Shown in pieces: positions 35,230 to 48,845 of a stretch of DNA of 64,000 bases. The notes beneath the pieces are model-generated. The model was given only the letters and a program-made list of their open reading frames with translations, did not search any database and was not told the DNA's origin. The stretch is from Octopus sinensis (lineage: Eukaryota), in the NCBI RefSeq assembly GCF_006345805.1, contig NC_042997.1:12338001-12402000 (forward strand), read 5' to 3'. The translations under genes were made by a program, and so were the position numbers. Each line of letters starts with the position of its first letter. Positions within the stretch are counted from its first letter, which is position 1.

Positions 35230-35760
35230 TAGCGGTTCGGCAAAAGAGACCGATAGAATAAGTACTGGGCTTACAAAGAATAAGTCCCGGGGTCGATTTG
35301 CTCGACTAAAGGCGGTGCTCCAGCATGGTCGCAGTCAAATGACTGAAACAAGTAAAAGATAAAAGATATATGCACAGACATATACACACATACACAAATG
35401 TGTGAGTGCGTGTGTGTGTAACTGTATGGTAGGGAGAGTTCAACCCAGCCACATGGTTCTAGGTCCAATCCCATCTTACGCAAGTGTTATTTACTATAGC
35501 AGACCTTTCGAGTAGATTTGGCAAATGGAAACTGAAAGAAGTCGCTAGTATCTAGATATATGTCTGTGTTTGTGTGTGTGTGTGGAGTGTGTGCCCTACC
35601 ACCAATTGACAATCGTTGCGTTTACATTCCCGTAACTTAGTGGATCGGCACACAGGCCGATAGGTAAATAGCAGGGTATAAAAATAAATAATTACTGGGA
35701 TAGATTCGTTCAACTGAATGGTCGTAGTCTAATGACTGAAACAAATGGAGCATAAAAGAA
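35230..35760 (+). mobile_element. SINE family A 3' fragment plus a degenerate family A copy
   Basis: 35230-35365 matches the family A 3' half. 35410-35760 is a diverged copy. Confidence 0.65.
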
Positions 35761-35966
35761 TATGTGTGTGTGTGTGTGTGTGTGTGCCTGTCTGTTGGTC
35801 TGCTTGTGTTCGTGCGTGTGTGTGTGCGTCTATGTGTGTGAGTATATTAAACACTATTTGTTTTTCAATATAGGTTACCCAAACGTTCATCACTTACAGT
35901 ACCGACTTTTTTCAGAAACATTGGCTCTATCTCTGTATCTATCTGTCTGTCTGTTTGTCTGTCTGC

Positions 35967-36076
<110 letters not shown>

Positions 36077-36450
36077 CACGAGGAGTTTTAGGCGGACAAT
36101 TTAAACTGGTCGTGTGCATACGTGCCATATATTATCTATACGTTCGTATATGTAAGTATATCGTCTGTGTATGAATAATATATTATATATATATATATGT
36201 GTGTGTGTGTGTGGTGTGTGTGGGTGTGGTGGTGTGTGTGTGGTGTGTGTGTGGATTCTTGTGCTGAAGACAGAGCATTCTTATGCAGACCCAGAACCCG
36301 GAATCTGGAATTATCCATAATTTTTTTTTTTTTTGCTAGTTTATTTGTCTCTTGATTTTTCTCCCTGGTGCTGTATGAACATTTAATGTGGTTTTACAGT
36401 CAAGTTTTGGCTGCTATTTCCAGCGTGGTGGTATCTCTTAGATACCATAA

Positions 36451-36490
<40 letters not shown>

Positions 36491-37090
36491 CTGCCTGAGC
36501 GTTCTTTCTGTTTCTTCGTCTTTCTAAGTCCAATATAGTGAGACTTCCAGACTCACTGAAAACCTACAAAATTATCTCAAGCTGTTCAAAATTTTGCAGT
36601 GATGTTGTATTTTATATTGGATACACTTGAAAGAAACACGAAATTATGCATAGAAACGGAAACAAAATAAATACACTAGATCAGAAACAACAACAATAAA
36701 AACAGCAGCAGCAACAAAACAACAACAACACCGTTGAGACGGAGAAGAAATAAACTTATTAAAGTATACCGACATCCTACCATTTAAATAAACGCATATA
36801 GAGTAATGCACATACAGAACTACAAACACAAAGACATACACACATATATATATACGAACAAAGACACAAAAAGGGACACACACACACAATCACACACACC
36901 CCACACACACTCACACAATCACACACACACACACTTATTATATACATATGGGATTTCATTCTGTTTCACCTGAGGCATTGAATTTTCTTGAATTTCCATT
37001 TTAGGCAATGGACGTTCAAAGGGCATCGATTGCCCCGGGGAGAATATGACTTCTGAAATAAAATACATACTTTCACACGATTTCGTTTCG

Positions 37091-37129
<39 letters not shown>

Positions 37130-37849
37130 GAATACACAAGGTGTGACATATACATATACATATAACATACTTTATGTGTATAGAAGTATATATACGTGCA
37201 TACATTTATATATATAATATTAATATTATTATATATATATATATATATATATTATATAGATAGAGAGAGAGGAGAGAGAGAGAGAGAGAGAGTAACATGT
37301 TAATGCAGCCTTTGTTGAGTTTATATACGCATACGTATGTATGCATATGTGTGTGTATGCGTGTGCGTGGGTTGTATATGTGCGTATGTGTGTGTTTGTA
37401 TATACACACATACACATACATATATGCAGACATAATAGAAGAGATTACGTGTATTTGTGCAAACGTTTTTATGCGTGTATGGTGTGTGTGTGGGTTTGTG
37501 TACATATGTGTGTGTGTTTGTGCGTGAGAGAGAGAGGTGTGTGTGTGTGAGTGTGTGTGTGTGTGTATGTGTGTGTGTGTACATTTCTTCATTCCATCTC
37601 CAGGGGGAAAATATTTTACATTATACAAAAGAACAGATTTGCACTCTGCTTGCAGGCAGAACCTTCTGGTACAATGGAAAATACGGGAAACTTTTGCTTT
37701 GTAAACATTGTATAACAATATTTTTTAAAAAATATTTCCAACTTGTAAATAACTAATAAGAAAGAAAGAAAACGTGAACGATAGTCGATCGTGTGACGGA
37801 GAGAGATTGAGTGTAGCTCTAGCAAAAATGTTTAATAAACAACAGTGTT

Positions 37850-37879
37850 TAATATCTATCTATCTATCTATCATCTATC

Positions 37880-37917
<38 letters not shown>

Positions 37918-37945
37918 ATCTATCTATCTATCTATCTATCTATCT

Positions 37946-38006
<61 letters not shown>

Positions 38007-38010
38007 ATCT
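37850..38010. repeat. (TATC)n microsatellite, left flank of Tx1 element 2
   Basis: Direct reading of the sequence. Confidence 0.95.
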
Positions 38011-38230
38011 GGACGGACGACGGACGCTAGTCAAATGGGCTCCACGTAAGTTGGTCATTTTGTACGTTGAAAATTATTATTGTGAAATATTTTGTGTTTA
38101 AAAGTGTGCAACAACATCCACTGTAAACCTTTGATAAATATCTCCACAAAATTTTGCCCCTTGTGGGCAAAATTTAAAAGAAAAAATTCTCATAGCCTTC
38201 GTGGTTTCATTTAGCCATTTTATTTCCAAA

Positions 38231-40336
38231 ATGGCCACTGGTCACCACGAGGCTGAGGTGCAAGTCAACCGTGACGCAGAGGCAGAAAAACAGGATGCTC
38301 TGTACCTTACGCTGAACCTGACAACTCCGCCACCATCAACATCGACAACAGCAACAAATACAAAACAAAGGTCGCAAGGCCAAGCACCGTCAACACCATC
38401 AGTGAGTCCACCACCACCACCAACACCGACAACAACACCATGGCAGAATCTGCTACTAAAACTGCTATCCCTACTAAAGACGTCGCCACCAATAACAATA
38501 CCAACATCCATCACCGCCACAAAGACCGTGCCGTCAATGCTACTAATACTACTAACACCACCGCCGTCACCAAGAACGACACTAACAACCACAACAACAA
38601 CAACAACAACAACAACGACGACCGACGACAACAACAATTCCCTTCAACCACTGCTCACTCCATCACCAACAAGTGAAAAAATAACGACGACAAGCAAACG
38701 AAATGCCGAAATTTGCGCTAATGCAGGACTAAATTACGCAGGCAATTTTCCACCCCTTGCTAGTTGCATAATCAGCAACCACAAACCTACAACCCACACC
38801 CCTGCCATCAACATCAACAGTAACAACAATAACAAAACAACAACAAACTTCGCCGAGGCGATAAAAGAAAAGGTAACAAAAGTTTCGTTTACTACACAAC
38901 AGATTAAAGATTGCAGAAACCTTATTACAAATCAAAACGGAAAAAAATACTCTTACACATACCTCACACATACTGAATGAGAGAAAAAAAAGACAATTGT
39001 ATATAAATCACAAATAAAAAAACAAAAAGTCCAGAAAAGGCAAGCACAGACAAAGTCGAAAAGTGCTTACGCCCCATCTGGGGATACAAGGATTGTGTGA
39101 CTTGGGCGAACAAGTTCGCACACGTACAGGTGGTTTTTCAGAATGAAGAGTTGGCGAAGAAATTCTCAACGATAACCCTTCATTCTGATGAACTAACGTT
39201 GACACCGAGTTACCTCGGCCAGAAGGTGACGAAAGTCATTATCAGTGGTGTCCCCCAAGTGACTACAACACTGTGGATTACATCCGCCTTAACATCCGAA
39301 ATGGAGGACATAAACATCCTAGATATCGGTGTTTCGGAAACAAGGACTGGCTGGGAAAGAGAATAGAGTTCCTCTTCCACATAAGTCAAGAGGACATAAA
39401 TAAAATCCCCACCCACGTACATCTTGAGGATGGCCGCAAGTTATACGTAGTAGTCGAGGGCAGAAGGCCACGATGCTATACATGTGGCAGTGAGGCACAC
39501 CTCAAAAAGGAGTGCAAATCTGCCGCAAAATTACAACAACAACAACAGCCACAGGAAAAATCACAAAAGCCAGGATTATTGCCCACACCACAATATGGAC
39601 AGCTAGTCAAGAAGCTGTATGCGGAAATGCAGGAAAAACAACAAAGAACAAACCAACCCAACCAAACAACACCAACACCAGCGCCAAGAACAGAATCATC
39701 ACCACCAACAACAAATAAACCAATTCCAACACCAAGAATAACAACGAAGAAGACAAGCACCAAGGATGTAGGAGAGACAATAACCACAACAAAACCCCCA
39801 GCAACACCCTCCCCGCGCACCACAACAATATCTACAACCGCACAAACACACCCAGACGCTTTACCCTTGCCCCCTGCTGATTCGTCAGACTTTTCATCTA
39901 ACGATGAAAGTTCGACAGAATGGCAAATAGCCACAGGGGGTAAAAGAAAAAGATCAAGAAAAACCAAACAAGAAATCGCAACCAAAGCAGGGAGATACCT
40001 GAACCCTGAAAACTCCATACACAACAAAACAAGCACCAACACCACAAAAACAATGCTATCAGCGATAGACACAAAAGACTCCAAACTAATGGAGTACATC
40101 ACAGGATACACAAACATTTGTGAAGATGACTTTAAAAATAGCAATCATCCACGCACTACACCACCCAAACACATCAAAATACTACACATCACACAAACAC
40201 AACACCACAAACTCAAAGCCCTCTTCCAAATGCTGTAGGGGGTTTCCAGAAATATCTGTCCCAAAAACTATATAGAAACCTCCTCGAAGACACATCAAAG
40301 AACGAGGAAGCCAAAACTTTCGACACAAGTAAGTAA
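38231..40336 (+). pseudogene. Tx1 element 2 ORF1 (Thr/Pro-rich, CCHC knuckle), split by frameshifts
   Basis: Track ORFs 38201-38980, 39097-39366 and 39273-40238 carry consecutive ORF1 motifs (LTPSYLGQKVTKVII, VEGRRPRCYTCG). The inferred final frame ends ...TFDTSK* at 40334-40336. Confidence 0.75.
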
Positions 40337-40385
40337 CTCTCTGTACTTTCATTTTGTGTTTTAAAGCACACACCCCAATAGAATC

Positions 40386-43300
40386 ATGGTCAAGATTGGT
40401 TGTGTGAATGCGCGTGGCTTGGGGTCTCCTTGGAAACAAGGATACCTCCTAAATGACATCAAGTCACATGATTTGGGAATCATAGCCATAAGTGAGACCA
40501 GACTCCACGAGCCACGGGCCCTAAAGTCCATGTTTGGCGGACAGTTTAACATTTATTTCGCTCCCTGTCTGCCGAGGATGGGCGGTAGTGGCACCGCGGT
40601 ACTTTTTCACAAGAGCCTGGATCTCGAAGTCAAGACGATATTCGTAGACCCGGAGGGTAGACTGATCGTTCTGGATGTTGACGGCAGCAATGGGTGCGCT
40701 TTTCGACTCGTATCAGTCTACGCACCGCCCTTAACAGGTCGGGCGGATTTCTTTCGACGTCTAGAAGTATTCTTGGGAACGTCTCGTCCTTTACTCTTAG
40801 TGGGGGATTGGAATGCTACCTTGGACACGCATGTAGACTACGTGGGTAGAGACAGAAACAGAAGGGGATGCAAATGCCTCAGAGACCTGCTCAGACGATT
40901 CCAACTGTCTGACAGGTACCGACTCGACCACCCAAATGCACCAACGTGGACATGGAGCAACCGCAGTGGGTCGTCGAGATCGTATCTAGATAGGATACTG
41001 TGTAGGACAGTAGACAAGGATAACTTAGGATGTCCACAATTCCACACAGTCAGCTACACGGATCACAAATTGGTGACGTGTACGCTAGACTTAGATAAGG
41101 CACATAGACAGGGTCCTGGGTACTGGAAACTGAACGCATCATTCCCGTCCAGACAAGTTTTCAGAGACCGGATTAGCACACTAGTAAAGAGGGCTTTGAC
41201 GGGAGCCATCATCAACAACAAATGGTGGTTTGCCCTCAAGAGAGCAGTAAAAGCAGAAGCGATTAGGTACAGCAAAGCACTAGCCATAGATAGAAATAGA
41301 GTAGAGGGTGAGCTAGTTAAGAAGCTAGAAGAGGCAATTAGAAGCGGCATCGCATCCGACGTTTGGCGGCGAGGTTGGCCCTCGACCAACACTTCAACGC
41401 CAAACACGAAGGATGTGCTGTCAGAGCTAGGATGCGTGCTCTAAGGAACGAAGGTGTTGGAGCCGCGAGAGAGGCCCGGGTGGCAGAGGCGCAACAGGGC
41501 AACAAAGCCACCATTCGGTCACTGGTAGATGAACAGGGGCGCGAATTGCTCGAGCCAAGTAAAATGTGTGAGGCCTTTCAGCAGCATTTTGCCCGACTGT
41601 TCGGGACGAGTGGAGGGCAAGAACGTAGGGTAGACTTCAGTGCCTACCTACATAGCCTGCCACGACTCTCGACAGGGTGCTGCGAAGGTGCCATCACGGC
41701 GGCGGAAGTGCGGGAAGCGATGGCAGAATGCTCGAGGGACAAATCACCGGGTTTGGATGGTCTACCCTACGAATTTTACTATTGTATGCCAGACTTGTTT
41801 GGAGACGTCTTGGCAGCGGTATACTGCAACTGGCAGCAAAACGGGAGCATACCCGGTTTTGTGAGTCGAGGAGCTGTAACTCTGCTGAGAAAAGATCCAA
41901 ACAAGGGAAACATTATAGATAACTTTAGGCCAATCACTCTGCTCAATGCAGACCTGAAAATTTTGACAAAGGTGTAGCCAAGAGGTTGGCGCTTGTCATG
42001 GAGAAACTGGTCGACAACGCACAAACGTGCGCCGTGCCGGGCCGGAGCATCCATGACAACCTCCATCTGATGCGCTACATCATAGACAGGGTAGTTAACG
42101 AACCTGGCATGGGTGGGGCCCTGATCAACTTGGATCAATCGAAAGCCTTTGATAGGGTAGACCATCGATACTTGGAGGCAGTCCTGAGAGCGGCTGGTTT
42201 CGGTCCCGTCTTCCGCGGCTGGATAGCTGCCTTGTACAGAGGCATCCGTTCGGTAATTCGCGTAAATGGACATCTATCGAGACCCTTCGACATTGCACGT
42301 TCGGTCCGTCAGGGATGCCCCCTCTCGGCGCTTCTATACGTATTGACTCTTGAGCCACTACTGCGGAAGCTGGCGACTCTGAGGGGCATCCCGCGAGAAT
42401 TAGGATGCGGGACGAGCGTGTCTGCATACGCGGACGACGTCGTCACCGTCATAGTGTCAAGCCACGAGCACATCGAGCGGGTCGGCGAGACACTGAAAGA
42501 CTACGAAGCGGTGACAGGAGCAAAAATCAACCGGGAAAAGTCAGTGGGCTTGCGGCTCGGCACCTGGAGAAGCAAACATGCCGTCCACCAGTACCTCCGT
42601 CGTGGGACGCTGGACAGACGGCCCGGTTGAGTTGCTCGGGGTCTGGTTCGGTCCGGACCTCCAAATGGAGAAGAACTGGAACGAGATAACGAGTAGGGTG
42701 GTCACTCTCGCCCAGCAATGGGCCGAGAGGAAACTGTCCCTAAAAGGTCGGGCGGAGGTGTGTGAACGCGTACATCGCGTCCATCATCTACTACCGCCTG
42801 ACCGTCGTACCTTGTCCCGACCCTACCATCACCAAACTAGAACGCATCCTCTTCCGCTTCTTGTGGAAAGGATGCGTCCCGATGGTCAGGCGATCCATTT
42901 GCTGTCAACACCCGTTAAAAGGAGGGCTGGGCATGCCGTGGTTGATGATGCGCAGACACGCGCTGAGACTGCGACATCTCCGGCTCTATGTAGACGACGG
43001 TGAACAGGTGTGGTCGCCGTTTGTGAGGCACGCATTCCCGCAACTCGTCTCCATGACCGAACTACAGTCGTGGATCAAAAAGAGGCCGAAGAAGGGCGAA
43101 TGGCACCGCGAGTGTCGCGTTGCTCTCAAGCAACTCTGCCGTCCCGGGTCGACCTTGAGTGACTTCACACACAACCAAAGCATTCTATAGGGGATTAGTG
43201 GAGGGGAGGTACGACGACGAGCTCGGGGCAAACCTGGGCGTCGACGAGGAATACCTGACCCGCCTGTTTCAAACGACTTTCGGCCCGGGACCTATGGACA

Positions 43301-43814
43301 ACTTCCAGAGATCCCTGGCCTGGCGGTGCTACCGAGAAGCGCTACCCGTTCGGGATAAGCTCTATAGGCATGGCTCGAGAAACACGGGGCCGACCTGCCC
43401 GAGATGCGGGCAGAGCGACGAAACCGCTCTGCACGCAATCGTGCAGTGTCCAGCAATTTCCACCTGTGGGCTTATGTCGAACGACTGCTGTCACGTGTGG
43501 GACGTGTCGGTTTATCAGCCGAGTCTATCGTTAATATCGTCACGCCTCCTTCCTTCAAACGGGAAGGAAGAGCTATTTTTATCATACTTGTGGCTATGGC
43601 GAAAGAATGTATCTGGTGGACGCGTCTGAAAGGATTAGAGACAAACACTTTCCTCTCTGGTCAATCTCTCATCAACTTCTTCAAGTATCACTTGAAGAAA
43701 AAAGTGAGAGTAGAGAGGCAAGTTTTGTCTAGTGAATGTTTTAAAAAAAGATGGGTGAATGTAGCAAGAATGGCACGTATGAATGACGAAGCCACCTTGA
43801 CTATGATTCTATGA
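40386..43814 (+). pseudogene. Tx1 element 2 ORF2 (APE-RT-zinc finger) with about six small frameshifts
   Basis: Consecutive ORFs give CVNARG, VGDWN, TDH, KSPGLDGLPYEFY, DQSKAFDRV, RQGCPLS, YADD and CPRCGQSDETALH. Confidence 0.93.
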
Positions 43815-44228
43815 ACCGTAAAAATTAATACAGAGAGTTGCTTATTTGCAAAAAAAAAAAAAAAAAAAGAAATATAACATGTGACTTCATTGACCGAGGT
43901 TACCGTGGTCTTTTCCGTAGGCTTTTCTTTCCACGGGTAAACCTCACCTGTCCCCCCCTTTACACTTCATATTGACATTTCTGTGATAACGATCCCTATT
44001 GATCAATTTTTTTCTCTCTCCCCTTTTTTTTAACCCCCCCTTTTTTTTTTCCTCTTTCTTCCTTTTACGATCCCTTTTGATCGACCCCCCTTTTTTTTTA
44101 TTTATTTTATTTTATTTTTTTTATTTTTTATTTTTTTTATTTTTTTTTTTTATTTTTTTTAAACCTTCAAAGAAAAGCTCTACCTTGTATTTGTTCTATC
44201 GTGTGCAGCCTGTTGGCTAATAAGAAAC

Positions 44229-44229
44229 A

Positions 44230-44263
<34 letters not shown>

Positions 44264-44530
44264 GATCTATCTATCTATCTAATCTATCTATCTATTATCT
44301 ATTATCTATCTATCTATCTATATCTATATATCTATCTATCTATCTATCTATCTAATCTATCTATCTATCTATCTAATCTATCTATCTATCTATCTTTATA
44401 TCTATATATCTATCTATCTATTCGATCTATCTATCTATCTATCTATCTATCTTATCTCTCTCCTATCTCTCTATCTATCTTCTATCTATCATCTATCTAT
44501 CTATCTATCTATCTATCGATCTATCAATCT
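44229..44530. repeat. (TATC)n microsatellite, right flank of Tx1 element 2
   Basis: Direct reading of the sequence. Confidence 0.95.
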
Positions 44531-44629
44531 ATTTATATATTTGTTTGTCAGAGTGTCTGCCTGTTTGCCTGTCTGTTTGTGCATCTGTCTATCTGTTTGC
44601 TTATCTGCCTGTCCCTATGTATGTATGTA

Positions 44630-45120
44630 AACAGACATTCAGGAAGTAAATATACACCTTTAAAATATCTGATCTAAGCATTTTAATATGCATTCAGTGG
44701 TGTAGAATTTACAATGTAATTATTCTTTTTCCTTCTAGGTGTCATTATATTAAACATTTGCGAAGAGTAATCATGTCATGCACCAAAAATTCAGCACAAC
44801 TATCAGATTTTCAACGAGGTTGTATTGTCAGGCAATCTGAGGCTGGTCTTAGCCAGCAAAAAATGCTCTTTCTACTGTATAGAACTATAGTGCAATTCAA
44901 AAGCCAAGAAAAAGAATCAACAGACAGATTCTCGTCCCGGACGACCTAGGCCCTCCGAAATGAAGCTTCGCGGTTTGCAGTGAATTGTGGAAAACGAACC
45001 TCGTTCGAAATCTTCTGACACTGCAAAACGGCTAGAAGTTAGTTCAAGAAGGTATGTTACATATCTACATAAGCTTGGGTGTTATGAACGAGCAGCTAGA
45101 AGGAAACCTCTCATTCAATA
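44630..45120 (+). mobile_element. Tc1/mariner-like transposon 5' remnant
   Basis: Peptide remnants MSCTKNSAQLSDFQRGCIV and YLHKLGCYERAARRKPLI, typical of the Tc1 transposase DNA-binding region. Confidence 0.75.
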
Positions 45121-45171
45121 ATTTTATTTCAAATAAAATACTTTGAAAACTAGAGGTGTCTATTTACTTCC

Positions 45172-45271
<100 letters not shown>

Positions 45272-45309
45272 GGTGCCTATGTGTGTGAATATGTATATGT
45301 ATGTATATC

Positions 45310-46950
45310 TCTACTTAGCTAGTCATTGCATTGTTTCTTAAAACCATTTGGCAATTTTCAAATTCTATGAGTAATGGATCAGTTTCGTACGGTTGACCCT
45401 CTGATACTTTGTGGTTAAAGGAAGAATTTTCTTGAAGATTGGTGTTGTGTAGCTCTGCTTTACTAATAGTGGATTGTGGATTTGAAATGCTGAAACCAGG
45501 CATCTAGCCTCTGCTCAGTGGCTCCCCATTACAGTATACATACCTGGGGAAGCTTTCTTGTCGGTAAGTCTTCTATTTCCGAACTTCCTTTGCTGCAGTG
45601 TTCTTTCCATTGCGGAGACGGTCAAGTAAATCAGTTTTGGACTTTTGTATTTCATTTTACCGTTCATCAGCTGCGTCTTTAGCTGCAACACGATTTCTAG
45701 TTGTCTTAGAATGGCGTTTCTGCGCTGCTTTCTTTAGATTCTCTCCAGCTATTGTTACCTTCTTACTGAAAGGGAAACTTAGTGTCATTTTTCTCTTCTT
45801 TGGGATCACTTTCATTGCTATATCTGTATAAGAAGCGCTTACAGAGTCACATATAGCAGTGCTACTCGTGTTCTTAAGCCTACCATAAAAAGTGATGGGC
45901 ATGATGTGTAGTGTAACTCTAAGCACAGTGTATAGATTAGTGTTACCTGATATTTTAGCCATTTGATTTCTGTTATTGGATTACGGGCTGCTATTTTGTT
46001 CTGGTGGTAACTTATCTTCTATTTCCAGGAAACAATTCTGTAGCCCTATTTAACTAATTCGGAATATTTGTATGCAGATGAATATTTGATACTATTACTC
46101 CTCTTCTATCTAGCTAGGATGTACGGCAGCAGACCAAAGCAGACACAGGATGGTTCCGAAACTTTATGTTAGTAGCAGAAACGTTGTGTTGTTCCCATAC
46201 AGTCTTTCATGCTCTTGTCATTTCTATTTGAATCTTTCTTGAAAATGAAGAGTGGAACTGTCAAATGCTATACATACGATCATCTCATGCAATGGTTTTT
46301 TTTTTCTTAGTAATAACCAATGTCTCAGAGTTGATCATGCTGACAATAAAAGGGAGTCTATGTTGGAGAAATGTGACTGTGCCCTCTTAGTCTGCATCAG
46401 AGTTGGACATTTTGTGAAAATTTACGAACGTCATATTGTTATTGAAAACTAATTTTGACTCAGAATATGAGAGCATCGAACCGATGGCTCGAATTATGGT
46501 GCTGTGGCGTTGTTAATTTATTTTATCAAACTGCTGTTAGTTTTCTCACGGTGCATTTCCTTATGCAACAGTTTTCTTTTAGAGCTGGTCTCTCAGCCTT
46601 TGATGCCTATGATCAAATCTGGAAAACTGCAACTTTTTTGCTTGGGCATTTTTCCATAAATTTGAACTTCTCGATTCATTTTTGCTAAACAGAGGTCATT
46701 ATTTGATCATAAGCTGGTTACTGATTTGTGTCAAATTCAGGACTGTATGTTGGGTTTATTGGTTTAGTAGTATAGATTACTCAGTTTCCTTCAAATGCTA
46801 CTGGTCCGGGTGAGGACAATAACATAGCACTTTAATTGTTGTTTCCACCGTTTCTAATGGAGTATTCTTAATCCCATTAGACACAGAAGCTTCTAAAACC
46901 ATCAGAGTATCATAGACACATTTCTTTTCTCCCTGAGTAGTAAAAAAGGA
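45310..46950 (-). pseudogene. Highly decayed LINE fragment (endonuclease-RT linker, RTE-like)
   Basis: Minus-strand remnants such as IPKKRK, EQRLDAWFQHFKS and EFENCQMVLRNN resemble the pre-RT linker. Many stops. Confidence 0.35.
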
Positions 46951-48127
46951 AGATCAGTTACTAAGCAATCATATCATGAGACAAAGCCCAAAAGACGTTA
47001 TGGAACTAATTTAAATATTCTTGATTATTCTTCTTACAGCTTATATTGATTAATGATAAAATTCTTTAAAAAAGGTAAAAGTGTTGCATTGTTCATAAAA
47101 CCTCATGAGAAAGTTATTCATGCCATTGACTTTCAACAATACTATCCCCAAACTATGTGTCACCTTTCTTTACAATAATAATAAATATTATGATTTCTAA
47201 CATACACAGACAACCAAAAATACTGAGAGAGAGAGGGGAGAGGGGAGGGAGAGAGGGGAGGGAGAGAGGGGGGCTATAATCGATTTAATCGACTATAATA
47301 CATGACTGGTATTATTGGTTCCCAGAGGGAAGTAAGTTAAAATCAACAATAGCGGGTTTCAAATACCGAGCGTTAGTGGGAGAGTGGGTAATTAAGTAGC
47401 GCAAGGCATATAATCAGGCGATTAACTGATGATTCTCGGTCGTTCAACATGCTAGAAGTAGCAGCTAATGGCCTTCAATATCACACACTGGTGTCTTAAT
47501 TTAAGGAGAAATTATATAGCGTAGTGTTTTTTACTTAGAGAAAAATATCGACCACGGATCTTTTCGGTCAGTTGGTGCTTAAAAACGAATGAGTATTTAT
47601 AGGGAAGTACAGTTATTTTGTACTTTATAATTATAGGTAAGTACAGTTTGTACACACCCAAATTTGGAAAGATCTTCGATACAGATACTATATTTGGAGA
47701 AAACTCTTCGTTATAGATAAGGTACGTAAAAACACTCCACAGGGTTATGGATAATCACTAATCAGCTACGAATACGAATCCATATCTTTTACAGCACACT
47801 AAGAATTGTTGATCTTTTGAATGTGGGAGAAAGAAATAGCAGAATTGTTCTCGTTTGGATTTGAACGCACATAGTTGTTTTCGCTTCTATACATATTCTG
47901 TCTTTCTAAATCGACGCTCCCCATCTACCGATAGTAATTTCCCAGGTAAACACAGTCCCTAAACTTAAGAAGGGTACAGTCAACTTCCTGGAAAAGGCCA
48001 AAGTTGTGTTTCCAGCGACTTCATTGCCCGACTTGCTGAGAAAAGTGAGTTCCTGACAGTATCTCAACCTTAATTTCAACTTCCCCCAGGACTGCAGCTC
48101 AGTCAGTCAGTTAGTAGTAGTAGTAGT

Positions 48128-48208
<81 letters not shown>

Positions 48209-48239
48209 TGTTGTTGTTGTTGTTGTTGTTGTCGTTGTA

Positions 48240-48560
48240 ACAATGATAAGCTGCAACATATTCGAAAAAATACCACTCTCCTCTGGGAAGAGACCAAAGA
48301 ATGGATCTTATTTGATATAGCGGTATCTGCTGATCAGAACATTGTGAAGAAAGAGAATGAGAAAGGCTAAAGGTACCAAGGGATGGCATTTGGAATGGAG
48401 TCTGGTGAATGAGTGCATTTGGAACCATCTCAAAGAACATAAAAGTATTAGAAGAATGGAGTATACACATAGAGAAACCCAGAGCTCTTCGCAATACAAT
48501 GCTTCGATACATCAGAACTACTGCTTAATTAAAGAGCATAACACCAATCTAAAACCACAT
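48240..48560 (+). pseudogene. Decayed R4/Dong-like (restriction-like endonuclease) LINE 3' end
   Basis: Remnant ILFDIAVSADQNIVKKENEK..YQ..IGTISKN resembles the IDIA.P....I..KE.EK..KY REL motif. Adjacent to (TAG)n/(CAG)n/(TTG)n. Confidence 0.5.
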
Positions 48561-48599
48561 AGAGTGCCGACACTATCTTTGAATTCATAAAAAAAATTG

Positions 48600-48845
48600 A
48601 GTTCCTTCTTGAGCCATGCCAGACTCATAAGGGCCGGTTTCCGGGCTTCAGTGGCGTAGAAATTCTCCACCTGGACGGGACGCCTGTCCGTCGCAGGATT
48701 ACTCATTTTTGCCAGCTGAGTGGACTGAAGCAACGTGAAATGAAGTGTTTTGCTCAAGAGCATAACGCATCGCCCGGTCCTGGAATCGAAACCACTACCT
48801 TACGATCATGAGTTCAACACCCTAGCCAGTAAGCCACGCGATTCC
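48600..48845 (-). mobile_element. tRNA-derived SINE (family C-like)
   Basis: Minus-strand head cgcgtggcttactggctagg..ggtttcgattcc, then gcgttatgctcttgagcaaaacacttcatttcacgttgc. Confidence 0.65.

Larger units (their letters stand above)
38011..44228 (+). mobile_element. Full-length Tx1/L1-clade retrotransposon (element 2), frameshifted
   Basis: 5' UTR, ORF1 with CYTCGSEAHLKKEC knuckle, ORF2 colinear with element 1 ORF2, and a pyrimidine-rich 3' UTR. Bounded by (TATC)n on both sides. Confidence 0.93.

Noticed and set aside
38201-38980. Thr/Pro-rich ORF as a mucin-like host gene
   Set aside because: It is the N-terminal part of the frameshifted ORF1 of Tx1 element 2.
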